A stretch of DNA of 64,000 bases from Eledone cirrhosa (taxonomy: Eukaryota): positions 3,720,001 to 3,784,000 of the forward strand of contig OZ024746.1 of assembly GCA_964016885.1 (NCBI GenBank). The letters are read 5' to 3'. The position numbers and the translations under genes are program-made. Under the pieces are notes generated by a model that saw only the letters and a list, made by a program, of their open reading frames with translations, made no database searches and had not been told where the DNA came from. Every line of letters starts with the position of its first letter. Within the stretch, counting starts at the first letter, position 1. This document shows, one piece after another, positions 27,470 to 43,675 of this stretch.

Positions 27470-28262
27470 GTGTGAACAGCTAGTATAACTAGTGTGTGTA
27501 TGTGTGTGTGTGTGTTAACAGCTAGTATAATCACTAGTGTGTGTATGTGTGTGTTAACAGCTAGTATAATCACTAGTGTGTATGTGTGTGTTAACAGCTA
27601 GTGTAATCACTAGTATGCGTGTGTGTGTTAACAGCTAGTGTAATCACTAGTGTGTATGTGTGTGTTAACAGCTAGTGTAATCACTAGTATGTGTGTGTGT
27701 GTGTTAACAGCTAGTGTAATCACTAGTGTGTATGTGTGTGTTAACAGATAGTGTAATCACTAGTATGTGTGTGTGTGTGTTAACAGCTAGTGTAATCACT
27801 AGTGTGTATGTGTGTGTTAACAGATAGTGTAATCACTAGTATGTGTGTGTGTATGTATGTATGTGTTAAGAGCTAGTGTAATCACTAGTATGTGTATGTG
27901 TGTTAACAGCTAGTGTAATCACTAGTGTGTATGTGTGTGTTAACAGATAGTGTAATCACTAGTATGTGTGTGTGTGTATGTATGTGTTAACAGCTAGTGT
28001 AATCACTAGTATGTGTGTGTGTGTGTATGTATGCGTTAGCAGCTAGTGTAATCACTAGTATGTGTGTGTGTATGTATGTATGTATGTGTTAGCAGCTAGT
28101 GTAATCACTAGTGTGTATGTGTGTGTTAAGAGCTAGTGTAATCACTAGTGTGTATGTGTGTGTTAAGAGCTAGTGTAATCACTAGTATGTGTGTGTGTGT
28201 TAACAGCTAGTGTAATCACTAGTGTGTATGTGTGTGTTAAGAGCTAGTGTAATCACTAGTAT
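27470..28262. repeat. Minisatellite, core ttaacagctagtgtaatcactagt with a variable (GT)n spacer
   Basis: About 20 tandem units. Confidence 0.92.
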
Positions 28263-28384
28263 CAAAGTAAACCTAAAATTTCAAACGCCTTTTGTTAATA
28301 TTTATTTCTTGCATAATTTCGTAGTTTCGTTCCAAACTTCAGTATATTTCGATCTTAGGAACTTGTCACCTCATATATAAACAT

Positions 28385-28465
<81 letters not shown>

Positions 28466-28756
28466 ATCAATACAATCTTTAATTTCTACAATAGTTTCTA
28501 TGAGGATGTAGCAGCAGTAGATTAACCAATCAATTAATCGGTGAAGCAATTAATAATTAATAATATATATAACAAGGGCGGTGCCGGATGGCTGGAACAG
28601 GTAAAAGAGTAAAAGAGTATATATGACACAAGTTATTATCTAACTGCATTTCATCAACAAAGTTACTTTAACAAGGAAATAGAAAAGCAAGCTTTCAAGA
28701 AGCGAACAGAACAAGATAAATATAAAGCAGGTGATTTGTGAATCCGAGACTAGTGT

Positions 28757-28945
28757 AATAATTGTTTCTACTTTTGGCACAAAGCCAGCAATTACCCAGT
28801 GCATTACTGGTACTTTATTTTATCGACCCCGTAAGGATGAAAGGCAAAGTTAACCTCGGCGGGATTTGAACTCAGAATGGCAAGGGCCGTAACTCTATAC
28901 GTCATTTCATAGCGTCCGACCCTCTACCGATACTGCCAACCCACC
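28757..28945 (-). mobile_element. Meta-like SINE
   Basis: Reverse complement of the consensus; other minus copies at 5493-5590, 20505-20655 and 29310-29452. Confidence 0.82.
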
Positions 28946-29706
28946 AGTGTAATAATATAAGTAATATAGAGGAAGTTATATTGTAAGGAAAGATACTGGT
29001 AGAAGAGAACTTAACCCTTTAGCATTCACATTATTCTATATTTACTATTGTCTTTTCACATAATTACCTCACATAATTATCTCACATAATATGAAATCTA
29101 TGAGATTTTGATATTATTTATTTTGAGAACAATACCTTAATGTCGATACCTTAATGTCGATATGAGTGGCCAGTTACAGCCAGTTTGAACAGAAAGAGGT
29201 GAGAGAATTCTGGCCGGATATGGCCGGTTTTAACAGTCTCAATTCATGGCTAAAACAATAGCATTTAAAATTACGTGTAAATATGAACATTCTAGTGTAG
29301 GTTTATATAATAATTGTTTCTACTTTAGACACAAGGCCAGCAATTTGAAGGGGAGGGGAAAGTCGATTAAATCGACTTCAGTAAATTACTGGTACTTTAT
29401 TTTATCGACCCCGTAAGGATGAAAGGCAAAGCTGACCTCGGCGGGATTTGAAGGTTTAGCAAATTCATCGAAAATATTTTATTCACACAGATTTAGATGA
29501 AAAGAAGAACGCTAATATGATCATTTTTAGTCTACATAAGCAAACGAGTGTTGGTATATAAACAAAAAACGAAATACCATTATGACCAACCAGTGTCATT
29601 AACATAAAGTCACCGTGTTTTCTACGGTGTTTGCTTTTAACAGTTGAACGCTGACATAAGTACAAGTAAATATTTTAATGGAATACAAACAAACACACTC
29701 ATATAT

Positions 29707-29858
<152 letters not shown>

Positions 29859-29869
29859 ATATATAAATA

Positions 29870-30321
29870 TATGCCGAGGTTATATTTAATTTGTTGGGAT
29901 TCAACAAGCTTAAACATTTTTATAACTGATATAAAGCACTCAACAGATTAGTGGAGTAAATACACAATATATTAATAAATGGAAACTATATTTATAAAAC
30001 CATAATTATTTTATTATATATATTTCAAGGGCGACCAAGGTAATTATGGTGCGCTTTCATCGGATAAAATACAGATTTGTTTTATAAATAAATATTGACA
30101 TACCCGGAAAAAAGACAACCTCAACGGTTGCGAATTCAGCGAATTTCAACCGTTGAGGTTGCCTTTTTTTCCGGGTATGTCAATATTTATTTATAAAACA
30201 TATCTGTATTTTATCCGATGAAAGCGCACCATAATTACCTTGGTCGCCCTTGAAATATATATAATAAAATAATTATGGTTTTATAAATATAGTTTCCATT
30301 TATTAATATATTGTATATTTA
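29870..30321. mobile_element. Large palindromic hammerhead-bearing element (arms 29957-30130 and 30147-30321, tail 29870-29956)
   Basis: ~175-bp inverted arms; hammerheads at 30007-30071 (minus) and 30207-30271 (plus) with CCGATGA core; TA flanks. Confidence 0.78.
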
Positions 30322-30337
30322 TATATATATATTTTTT

Positions 30338-30516
30338 AATATAGAAAAGCTTCTACAGGACTAGAACTGTTTCATTCGTGAGAAATCATCAGGAAGCTTT
30401 CTCACGAATGAAACAGTTCTAGTCCTGTAGAAGCTTTTGTATATTTAAACATTTATACTCTGCTATGTATTGAGTACCTTACTTACTGTGGTTAGCCCCG
30501 ATTCAACCCGGAATAA

Positions 30517-30520
<4 letters not shown>
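30338..30520. mobile_element. Palindromic hammerhead-bearing mini-element (second copy)
   Basis: Same arms and tail as 9001-9193, in TA-rich flanks. Confidence 0.78.
30349..30397 (-). ncRNA. Type I hammerhead ribozyme
   Basis: gcttc-CTGATGA-t-TTC-tcac-GAA-t-GAA-ACAG-ttctagtc-CTGT-A|gaagc. Confidence 0.8.
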
Positions 30521-30582
<62 letters not shown>

Positions 30583-31851
30583 GGGCGAAGGGTGCGCGCA
30601 TGCGTTATAGAATCTTGAGTTGATCAATTGCGTCGGTTGAAGCAAGCAGAATTTTGGCTGCTTGCTAAATCATAGACACATAAAAAGATAACACACACAC
30701 ACTAGATAACACAACATGCGGCTTTGAACGGGAGGGTCATTTAGAGGGAATTGGGGGGGGGGCATGGGGGAGGGGTAAGTCTGCACAGCCCCACTTTCCA
30801 CCATGGCGATTGGACTGCATGCCCTGCTTTCCAGGTTACCCTTCGCTATTGATATATATATATTTGAGGTGTCTTGGCAGATAGTCATGAAAAATACTCT
30901 GAAAAATCTGCCTTACAGCTCAACAAAAGCTTGTATTTTTCTGTCAGAAGTTGCGACCAGTATATAGTATTAGCAATGGAAAGACCAATGGTAACACTTT
31001 TTCTTTGCTTCAAACAGTTGATCAGCCATTTTCCTGTTTCTTTTTTTTAATAAATTGTATCTATGTAAAACAGTTTAATCTGAAGATACTAGACATGGTT
31101 TGCGTCATCTTTCTCCGGCGAAGATACATGGCCGAAACGTTAGATTTTTCTACGACAAACCAATTTATTTCATTTTGATAACTTTTTAAACATATAGTAT
31201 CTAGTTCCTTTCCTTTATGAACTGACTACAAATATCGTCGGGTTCACACTTCTAAATAAAACAAGATAAAAACATGTAATGGCGCCGATTCAATTGAATT
31301 TTGCTTCTCCGTTGCAAACCTTTCACGTTGTGACACTGTGAGAAACATTTATTTAGCATATTTCATTAACCATTTGTTTAATTATTAGAATTCAAAAATA
31401 CAATTAAAAATGGCTATTTAAAATCATTTGTTTTTCATTTTCAGATTGCTTCTGTGCCAATTCTTCCCACCTCGCTCTCTTTCTCTATTTAAGTTATACT
31501 AACAACATAGCTAACATCTAATACAATCATTTTCCTTATTTTTCTCAGAGACTGAAATTTTACGATGACGTCTTAACAAGTAGCAGGATATCTATCCTTT
31601 GATTATTATCTACAATTCCTTTTTCTTTTTAAACAACAGATTCAACGGAAGAAATTGATTAAACAGATGTTTTGTCTGATAGTATTTTTTGCCCATTGAC
31701 TTAGTTAAGCAAAAGTCGACAGGGCTATCATCTCCAAATCTACTTGCTATTGTTAACGTCACTCAAATGTTTGTCTCCATTTTATGTTCGCTAAACGACT
31801 GAATGGAAGGGTTGTAAGATAAAATCAGTGAAAAAACAAACATACGCAATA

Positions 31852-31950
<99 letters not shown>

Positions 31951-32029
31951 TAAAACAGAAAACAAAAAAACAAAAACGAAGCGAAGAAGCAGTACAAAGT
32001 GTTAATATTAGGTTCATGCTTGGGAGTGG

Positions 32030-32064
<35 letters not shown>

Positions 32065-32192
32065 CAGAATGGATTCAATTTGAAACTGGTTAGACCATTA
32101 CTCAACAGAGTACTCAATACTTGGTGTAGTAGAGTATGGTTATATTATGAGCAGTCGGGTTTCGACTCTTTATAATACACACACACACACGC

Positions 32193-32225
<33 letters not shown>

Positions 32226-33364
32226 TTCATGTGCCAGTGTGCAATTGAGGCCGCTTATATCCCAAAAGCTCTGCCCTAAACTGATCTCAATAAAAGGCTT
32301 CTGCCTAAAAAAAAAGTAAGAAAGTAAAGACACAATGTCAAAACAAAAAGTGATTTGATAATTATTGATAGAATGCTTTCCACGCGAGGGACTGGTCAGG
32401 CTTCACCAGTCATTAAACAGCAACAACAATAACAACGGCTGTTCTAGTGATGAGTTTTCTCATTTTTATACAAATAAAATCTCGCTTCATCTCGATCAGA
32501 GACAACGATATTTATTCAATAACAGCAATTTTGTAAACATTGCAAATTGTTTCTCAACTAATTTTGTATTGTATTCTATTGATTCTCCATCGTTTCTCTA
32601 TGGAAATATCATGATGCTACGGTTGGTGTAAAAAACAAAAGTGGCTTATAAGATTAAAATATTATTGGATATTATTCTGTCTATATATTGGAAGACAGCA
32701 ACTTTGGACCAGAGGAATGAAACTATTTAATAAAATATTGGATGGAAGAAGTCGATAATGGGATTGGAAATATGTTTTCTGTCTGTCTGATTTCTCTTTG
32801 ACTGTCTGCTGTTTGATTGTCTGTCGGTCTGACTGTTATATCCACCAGAAAAAGAAGCAAAGGAAGTCAACGTATCTAAACTATAATAAAGTAAGGAGTG
32901 CGGGACTGCGTCCAGAATACATATTTTTTAGCCCGTAAAATAAGTTGGATTACATTGAATAAATAATGAATGAATATTACATAATGTATCTACTAAATTT
33001 CGTTATTCTTGATTAAATATAAATAATTTTGTTCCTTATTTTAAGATTCACTTCTTTAAAATGTTCAAATGTCAACACTTCCGGTTAGCGATCGCTTAAA
33101 TAAACATTCATATATTTCCGTCACTAATTTTCTCCTAATGCAGTTTATATATAAATTTATCTTTTTAAATGTATCATGGATTACGTTACTGATTACATAA
33201 CACAGACTTCGTTCAATTTCTGTGTATATTGTCAATTATGATTTTATTTGATGTCTCATATCTACATGTATATATACTTGCGTATAATATCAATATGCAC
33301 ACTACACATGCTAGCAGAAAACCACCCGAAGGCTGGTTTTTCTGCTAGTATATATAATAGTTGT

Positions 33365-33545
33365 AGTAATAATAATAAATACAAAGACCAAAATCCAGGG
33401 ACTCGATAAGGGTGTTATATATAAGTATATATAAACTTGTAGAGCAAATATTTATTATTAGCACAGTTTTAAAATTTTAGCAAATAATTCCTACTTTCAC
33501 CCCAAGTGGGATCATCTGAAACTGAGAAATATCAATCTGTGGATA
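33365..33545 (-). mobile_element. Diverged copy with hammerhead-like fold, core CAGATGA (33473-33523)
   Basis: agttt-CAGATGA-tccc-actt-gggg-t-GAA-AGTA...TGCT-A|aaatt. Confidence 0.58.
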
Positions 33546-35944
33546 TAAAATCTCTGAAGTCCGCCATAACCAACATATGTCCCAAATAGTTAAAGATCAT
33601 CTGATTCGAGCAAGTCGACTTTTCAGACTTCATATTGAATCAGTCATCGATACTAATGGCGGATTCACTGAGTGGTTACGCCAGGAAGCGTCTCAAGATT
33701 ATTCATGCCAAATTTGTCTCAAATAAAATCTTCTTTCATGAAGTTGCGACCGATATATAGTACCTGGAGTTGCGACCGATAGATAGTATTAGCAACTGGA
33801 AAGACCGACGGAAACATTGTTTCCTCGGTCCGATTTGACGAAAGTCGATCGATCCTTTTTTTTTTCTTTTTTTATGACTTACGCGTCTTTTACTAAATTC
33901 ATGCAAATGTTCTCCAAGACCTGAGTAACCATGTATTCAGAGTCAGGTGGACGGTTGCACAAGTCCAGACTGCAACAAATTTTATATAGAACTCAACTCC
34001 CCAAACAGTTGTGAACCGCTGACCCTTCTCTCATTAATCCGATACCTTATTAACTGACGACACATTATACTTACATTTATGGATACATTTACAAGTAACA
34101 AACTCCTATCTATACTAACCTCGCAGCAGTTTGCATAAATAAATACAGGATCTTAGCATTTCACCGATGTTTCTCTATATCCAATTTAAAATGCCAAAAT
34201 GTGTGATTTTGGGGTCAAAGTTCACACTGATGACTATATAATTTCCATTTCTAAAGGTTAGGAACAAAAGTATAAGAGCAGAGAGGGGCTGTGTGTTAGT
34301 GAGGTTATTATCATCTGTGACATAGGATTACATCTTTCGGCACAATTTTAGGAGTAGTTTCATATTAAATTCTCATGTTTTGGTGGAAGGATTGGGTGGT
34401 GGAATAAAACATTTGTCAGTAACACATGTATGAAGGATGGGTGGCCGCTCCCTACCATCTTTGCTGAAGCATACTGGTAATTAATCTGACAGACTCTCAC
34501 CAAAACTAATACACAACAACAATAGCACCAGCTTAATGTCTGTCGACTATGTATATATTTTTGTGTGAACTAGAATGTTTTATTAAGGCATATGTTAGTT
34601 GATTCAGTTTCGTTTCATTCAGAAGTAATCTTAATTTCTGAACGAAAACAACGTGAGACCTAATCTTACAAAATAGAGGAAATCTTCTTTACCCGGTGAC
34701 TCGACCGACTAGAAATAGCAGCGAAATTCACTTAAAAATCACACGAGACTGTTTCTAAAAGGAATGTCACATTGGATAATGTAGTCCTAGATACATAATA
34801 TTTGGAAACCCCTTTCCTCACCAAAAGAAAAAGAAATCAAATGACTGGAATTCTTTTAGGTCCATAGGTTTATAGATTTACTAGTTCAAAACTAAGGATG
34901 AACCAGCCGAAGCAATCTATAATACTCATCAACAAAAGATGGTAATTTTTGTTATTGAGGTGCTTCTTAAATATTCACCATCATATAAAACATAGTATAA
35001 TCCATAGTTGTGAGATGGTTAGAGACGAGCTGAGCTCGCCACATGCCCAACTAAACGTATTTGTATTCACATGATAATGGATGAAGCAAGTGATGTTGTA
35101 TCGTCTCAGGATCTCACTGTTGGTGATCTTAGTCTTCCAGGTGACCCCCCCCCCACAAATCTCTACAAGTCAGTCCATGTGGAACGTGTCGTACCTCTCA
35201 AGATGTGAGTGGTATGTGGTCTACATTTCACAGTCATAAAGGAGGATAGACAGAACCACAAGTGTCTTGAGGCTCAGCCGAACACCGCATTCAGACCACA
35301 ATTTATAAACTCAACTCTTTACTGCACACAAAGTCATGTGTAAAAGTAAATAGCCGATGTTTAGGCTATGTGTATTTTAAATTTTGTAAGTTTTTGTTTA
35401 AAAAATCAAATAAGAAAACAAAATTATAATGCAGAAAATACACGAGAGTCCCAAATTAGACAGCTAATGTAAGATCAACACTTTTGATAAAATCTATATT
35501 GAAAATAGGATTCACGGGTTGTGATTACTGTTTAACTCTAGAGGAGGTATGATTGAAAAAGCTATGATCAAAGGCATTCCACCCGTAACCATTCCGTCAG
35601 TATATGTAGGAACTATCGATTGTTTGGACAGCCTATAGGTCCCACTTGTAACTCCTCAACCATCTGTGATTTTGTATTAGTGAGTAAAACATATTTTAAA
35701 AATATATGTAAATAGAAGTGATTACATAAAAATGTAATAATGTAAATTTAAATGTTTTTGTATCCAAGCAACATAAACACGGCGTAAAAACTTAAAGATT
35801 AAAAGTTATATTTTGGTCTTTGCGCTAAATCTAGTGAAACTACTACAACGTTTAACATAGAGACATTATGTCTGTCAATGTCCATTATAAACTACCAGAA
35901 GGATAATAGATTCCTCTCTTTATTCAATATTAGTATTAACACTA

Positions 35945-36160
35945 GGGTGGATTGGCAGTATCGGTAGAGGGTCGGACACCATGCTTTGCGACATAGAGTT
36001 ACGGCCCTTTATGATCTGAGTTCAAATCCCGCCGAGGTTAACTTTGACTTTCATCCTTACGGGGTTGATAAAATAAAGTACCTGTCACGCACTGGGGTCG
36101 ATTTAATCGACTTTCCCCGCCCCCCAAATTGCTGGCCTTGTGCCTATATAAGAAACCATT
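35945..36160 (+). mobile_element. tRNA-derived SINE with Meta-like central domain (most abundant family)
   Basis: tggcagtatcgg A box, gagttcaaatcc B box, tttcatccttacggggt.gataaaataaagtacc. Confidence 0.82.
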
Positions 36161-36915
36161 ATTAGTATTAACACTTACGTGAGAATGGTAGAAACATTAG
36201 AGTATCGGACGAAATGACTTTCAATACTTAGTTACAAACACCTCCTGAGTTCAAACACGCAGAGATCAACGTTAGCATTCTTCTGTATTTGATAAACCAA
36301 GTACTGGAGCTATATTTACCCCCGAAATGAGAGGCCTTGTATTCTGTGTTGTAAATGAAATGAATAATTTGTTGCATACCTTTACATACTGAATTGAAAA
36401 CCAGCAAATATATACTGAAATTTATTTATCAGCCAATACTCCTTTCATATAAAATATTAGCCTTGGGGGATAAGACGGTGACAATTGCTGCGAAGCGAGG
36501 TATAAGACCCCTTCTGATCAATCCACGATTGAAGCCATTTCATTTCCCTTCCGATATGATACTATTGGGCAAGACATAAACCTAGCAATCCTTGTTTCAT
36601 GGCACTCCCCTTTTTTACATTAACTAACTTATTTAAAAAACGCTAGATTTATATCATGTTGTTTCTAAAAGTGCGGGATCTCCTATCAATAGGGAAACGG
36701 AAAAACTAACCAGAACCCCGGCAGTACGTATCTTGTCGCTGATGTTCCTTTAAAGTTTCAACCCACCTAGTTATAATTACTTGCTTCACTTTTTATCTGC
36801 AGCATCTGATTATAATTCTCCTTTTTGTAATAAAATACAGCATCAGTTTTATACAATTACAAGGATGTTCTTTAGATTGCAGTATTGAATTTAATTCTCT
36901 GGTGGATCTAAAGAA

Positions 36916-36946
<31 letters not shown>

Positions 36947-37032
36947 TAGCCTCAAAATACACAGTTTTCTAGGCGTCTCGGTAAATCCAGTTATTAAATC
37001 TTATATTTCTGATTACAGATTGAATGTGATGA

Positions 37033-37999
<967 letters not shown>

Positions 38000-38285
38000 T
38001 TATATCTGTATAAATACAGAGTGTGTAACCGATACTAGGCCAACGTGTATAAATATAAACACATATCTAATATGCAAGCATGTAAACAAACCAGAAAATA
38101 CGAGTTTGCCCGTGATTTCTGGTATAGGTAAATATATGTAGATGAGGTATTTTACTCAGATTTTATAACATTCAATTATTGAGAGATATCTCATCTGGAT
38201 ATGGTGACAACACTTTACAGATAACATATTAAAAAAAAACTCAGCCTGTAGGTATAAAATCTTTACAAACCAGCTGTTACCTTGA

Positions 38286-38763
38286 CAACATTACTAGGCA
38301 ACCAACAGTTTATCTAGTACAACATTACTAGGCAACCAACAGTTTATCTAGTACAACATTACTAGGCAACCAACAGTTTATCTAGTACAACATTACTAGG
38401 CAACCAACAGTTTATCTAGTACAACATTACTAGGCAACCAACAGTTTATCTAGTACAACATTACTAGGCAACCAAAAGTTTATCTAGTACAACATTACTA
38501 GGCAACCAACAGTTTATCTAGTACAACATTACTAGGCAACCAACAGTTTATCTAGTACAACATTACTAGGCAACCAACAGTTTATCTAGTACAACATTAC
38601 TAGGCAACCAAAAGTTTATCTAGTACAACATTACTAGGCAACCAACAGTTTATCTAGTACAACATTACTAGGCAACCAACAGTTTATCTAGTACAACATT
38701 ACTAGGCAACCAACAGTTTATCTAGTACAACATTACTAGGCAACCAAAAGTTTATCTAGTACA
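38286..38763. repeat. 34-bp minisatellite
   Basis: acaacattactaggcaaccaacagtttatctagt, about 14 copies. Confidence 0.95.
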
Positions 38764-39369
38764 CCATTTCCAACAGCTATGTCCCTTAGAATTAGCAGCT
38801 ATAATATCTAGAAACAGATATGTATCAACGAATGAATGGGATCGAAACCGTAACTACACCTAGTAACTATTTAACCTGAGCACTATAAAAAACAACAACA
38901 CTACACCATATATATACTTAAAAAGAAGGAACGAGAACAGAACCTGGGTGAGAAAATAAGAAACAATTTATGGTGGAATATAATAATGGAAAAGACAGCG
39001 TTTTTAGAATCATGGAAGGTTTCTATTCTATTTGTAGGAAATTCCATTGGAAAACAATAATACTGAAGGTATTAATAGAATAAGGTTTCTTTAATTGATG
39101 TGAGTGATAGTTAGCCCCCACTCGGAGTTACTTGAAGTTGAAACTGAACCCAGATCACGAGCAGAGTTGAAATGTTGAGAACGTGTTGGTATGGCAAATA
39201 TAATTCTGGTTGACAGCCGAAAATCATAGTTTATTGTATGTAATTCCTGAAGAAAGAAACAGGAACGGAAAGTGATATTAATTTCAATGAGGGAGAAGAC
39301 AGACAAATGGAGATAGACAGGAGAGATATAGATCAAGGGAAAAGAAGAATATTGGTATGTATGTATGTA

Positions 39370-39790
39370 TGTTCTTCAGGTTTTATAATTTCACAAAGTT
39401 TTACCAATAGAGAGAGAGTCGGTTTCTAACATAGACACAAGACTCTCTCATTGGAATTTACACAACATCAACTAGGTAGATATGTATGCATGCATGTGTA
39501 GATATGGATGTTATTGTACGTGTGGATGTGTATGTTTTGAGTTGTATGTGTGCATGTGTATATGCTTTGTATCTGTACATGTGTATATGCAGTTATTAGA
39601 TGCAACATTTTTAGAATGTTTTACATATTTTTACTGTTCCATTAATGGATTGTACTTGTAATTTCCTAACTAGTTGTGTTCTTTCTGTTCATGTGAAGCC
39701 TAGCTTCTCAAGATTTGTATTGAGGCAGTTACTAACATACCCTAGTGCCCAATAATCACAGGCATAAATCTGAAGGTGTAATCAGGTGTA
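39370..39790 (-). mobile_element. R4/Dong-like 3' end, second copy (3'UTR-only copy at 6688-6800, minus)
   Basis: Reverse-complement homology to 56355-56695. Confidence 0.75.
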
Positions 39791-39843
39791 TGTATGTAAG
39801 TATGTGTGTATGTATGTATATATGTATGTGTGTGTGTATGTAT

Positions 39844-40414
39844 GTACAACCTGTCTCATGATCGGGTCGTTGGCGACTAAACTGGCAACCCCACCAAGGT
39901 TTCTTGGTGAGGAGGGTCACTTTGGACATCCTGCAGGACTAAAAACAAAACCTGTCAAACGGCAAAGGAGCTCTTAAGAGTCAATGGCCATCCAAAATCA
40001 CAGAGAGAGATGACCCCTTAGCTTTTGTCAAGGCAGAATTCTAGGAGAAGGAAAACTCTGATATAACACCTGCAACCCTGATGGTATCCAATGATGTTGA
40101 CTTGTTCTTCTTTTTGGTAAATATCATCATTTTTAAGAGAGTGGGACTGGCTTTGTGCAGTGCCTTTGATCATTATAAAAGCTTCACGGCACAGGCATTG
40201 CTTTATATCTGGAGACCTCTCTGCACTTGTCGTCACATGGTACCATGGGCCCAGCACTATGTGTCAATAATTGTCACAAGTGTAGTGTTTGTACCAGAGT
40301 TTTCAAGTCGCTGGCTGGACTAAAAAGTCACACTCGTTCAGCGCATCGGTTGGGGTTCTCCTACATGGATATATAGTAGTGGCCGTACTCGAAAACGAGT
40401 TGGCAGCCACCATG
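39844..40414 (+). mobile_element. Subfamily A2 copy
   Basis: Near-identical to 43713-44283; TATG flanks. Confidence 0.78.
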
Positions 40415-40599
40415 TATGTATGTATGTGTGTATGTGTGTATGTATGTATGTATATATGTGTGTATGTGTGTATGTGTGTATGTGTTTATGTATGTATGTA
40501 TGTATGTATGTATGTATGTATGTATGTATGTATGTATGTATGTATGTATGTATGTATGTGTGTATGTGTGTATGTATGTATGTGTGTGTATATATGTAC

Positions 40600-40649
<50 letters not shown>

Positions 40650-41350
40650 CAATCGCTAGAGCAATCTTGACAGTGAAACGCCACACACCATTCAGAAAGC
40701 AAGTGATGCTTTTGGAAAGCTGGAGAGGTGCCACTGAGGCTGGTGATACATATACAAGAAAAGAAAGATAAAAGTGTGCAATGCATGTGTGCTCTTCTCT
40801 CTTCTTAACACCTTCGAGACCTGGGTCACATATTGGCTCCATCTTAAACACTTGGAGCGTTTCTGTCAAGTGTGTCTGAGACAGATTCTTGGCATTCACC
40901 AGAGGGGCCACATCAGTGATATTGAGATTTTGAAAAGGTCTCAGAGTGAAAGAATAGAAGCTCTCGTACTTAAAAAAAGTCTCCGATGAAGTAGTCACCT
41001 TGCCAGGATTGAGGATACTAGGCTACCAAAACCAACTCTTTTATGGAGAGCTAGTTAACGGAAAACAACCTCCTTAATTGATACAAGGGTTCGTTGAAAG
41101 TCTACTTGACGCTAACATCTCTGTTGATACATGGAAAGTAAAGCTGCTGAACACAGCAAATAGAGAAGGTCAGACAGTGAGATCACTGGTTGACTACCAG
41201 GTTGGTCTCGGATAAGCTGCTCAACATAGCTGTCAAGCATGTGGAATAGAGTGTAAATCAGCAGGAGGGCCCACACGACATGTGTACATGACGACCAACT
41301 ACAGCCGGCTATTACCAACGACAAAGTCTATTGAGCTTGCTTATTGAGAT
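40650..41350 (+). mobile_element. Decayed RTE-clade LINE fragment
   Basis: ASDAFGKL, KIKVCNACVLFSLL..ETW...LERFCQVCLRQILGI, HLARIEDTRLPK. Confidence 0.8.
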
Positions 41351-41392
41351 GCACAAAAATCAAACATATTTGATGTTTTGATTCCTCACATT

Positions 41393-41486
<94 letters not shown>

Positions 41487-41492
41487 TATATA

Positions 41493-41807
<315 letters not shown>

Positions 41808-42234
41808 TATGTATATATATGTATATATATACATGTATACATATATATACATATATATACATATATATACATATATATATATATATATGCATATACACAC
41901 ACACACATATATATAGTGGGGGGGGGTGAAAACGAGAGATCCTGAAGTGAGAAATAGGAAGAGTCATGGCAGCTAACGAGGCAATAGGGGGGGGGTATGG
42001 AAAGAAAGCACAAGAGAGAGTGAGAGGGGTTCTGTGTGTGGAGGGGAGGGGTGAAGACCCGGAGAGTAGATGAGAAAGCGAGAGAGACGAAGTATAACGG
42101 GTAGAAGAGGGGAAGAGGAGGGTAAGAGGAGGGGGAAGAGGAAGGGAAAAAGTGAGAGATTGAGAGGATAAGAAACGTTGAGAAATGTTGGCAGGAATTA
42201 TTAAGAAAACAGATGAAGTTATCAAGGAGACACA

Positions 42235-42287
<53 letters not shown>

Positions 42288-42356
42288 TAGGGAGAAAGAA
42301 AGAGAGACAGAGAGAAAGAGAGAGGGGGGAAGAGAGAGACAGAGAGAAAGAGAGAA

Positions 42357-42410
<54 letters not shown>

Positions 42411-43160
42411 TCATAAATCTTCTCTACTTCAAACGTAACTTAGATAATATCAATGTTTAAGTTGAGGACGGATTTGGAATAAAACCACGTGAAGACAGTA
42501 AAACAGTTTTATTTGTTTATATTGTCAGTGATAATGTTTGGAATAAAGTTAGCGATTTGTAACAAATTACTTCTGAAAACTTGACATTGGCAGTATCAGT
42601 AGAGGGGCGGCCGCCATGCTTTGACGCATGGAGTTACGGCCCTTGTCATTCTGAGTTCAAATCCCGCCGAGGTTAACTTTGCCTTTCATCCTTACGGGGT
42701 CTATAAAACTAAGTACCAGTAATGCACTGGGTAATTGCTGGCCTTGTGCCGATAGTAGAAACAATTATTTATCATATTTCACATTTACTCCATTTCTCTT
42801 TAAATCTCCCCCTTTTGTCTCTATTCACAATAAAAACACACTAACATGCTATGATCTTTTGTCGGTTTTCTGAAAATAAAAAATAAAAGATGGATGTGTT
42901 TTCTCTTAAAACTCCAGAAAAAATATATTTAAATTAAGAATCTGAGAAAAGAGGTCACATCTGGTAGGAATAGAAAATGTCTCATAACTTTTAATAGGTC
43001 ATTGGGTCATCACAAACGACTCTGCCTATATTTATGAAGACAAGTCAGCCCAGCAGATTCACTCCTCTCTATGGTATTTTAAAATTATGTACGCATTTTC
43101 AACAGTGTGTGTACATATATATACGCGTGTGTGTATAAGTATATGTGTGTGTGTGTATGT

Positions 43161-43203
<43 letters not shown>

Positions 43204-43675
43204 TTATGTATGTAGGTACGTAAGTGTGTATATATATGAATGTTTGCACGTATATATATATTAATATATGCCTGCCTGTATATACGTATGTATGTGTGCA
43301 TGATATGTATGTGTGTATGTATGTGTGTATGTATATATGTATATATGTATGTGTGTTTGTATGTATGTATGCATTCTTCTAGGATCAGGCAACTCAGGAA
43401 ACTGGGATAACTTCGATATAAAACCTGCGGCTCAATAGTCACCGATGATGTTGATCTTTTCTTCTTTTCGGGTTATAGCTACTGTCGCTCAGAGAGTGGG
43501 ATTGGCTCAGTGCACAGTCTTTCCTCACTTAAAAAATATCTTCACGCACAGGCATTGCACGATAGAATTAATTAATAGTTATTAATAATGTTATATCATG
43601 CAATGGCCATACTCAATAACGAGGGGGCAGCCATCAGCATATATGAATGTATGTATGTATGTATGTGTGTGTGTC

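Noticed and set aside
31095-31150. GCCGAAACGTT as another hammerhead
   Set aside because: No CUGANGA box or convincing stem I.
33309-33349. Hairpin ending in CTAG-T as a Helitron 3' end
   Set aside because: The CTAG is part of the stem itself, and there is no second copy or 5' end to support it.
40018-40323. Recurrent 79-80-aa ORFs on both strands in three places
   Set aside because: They recur only because the A2 repeat copies are nearly identical; no recognisable domain, and not preserved in subfamily A1.
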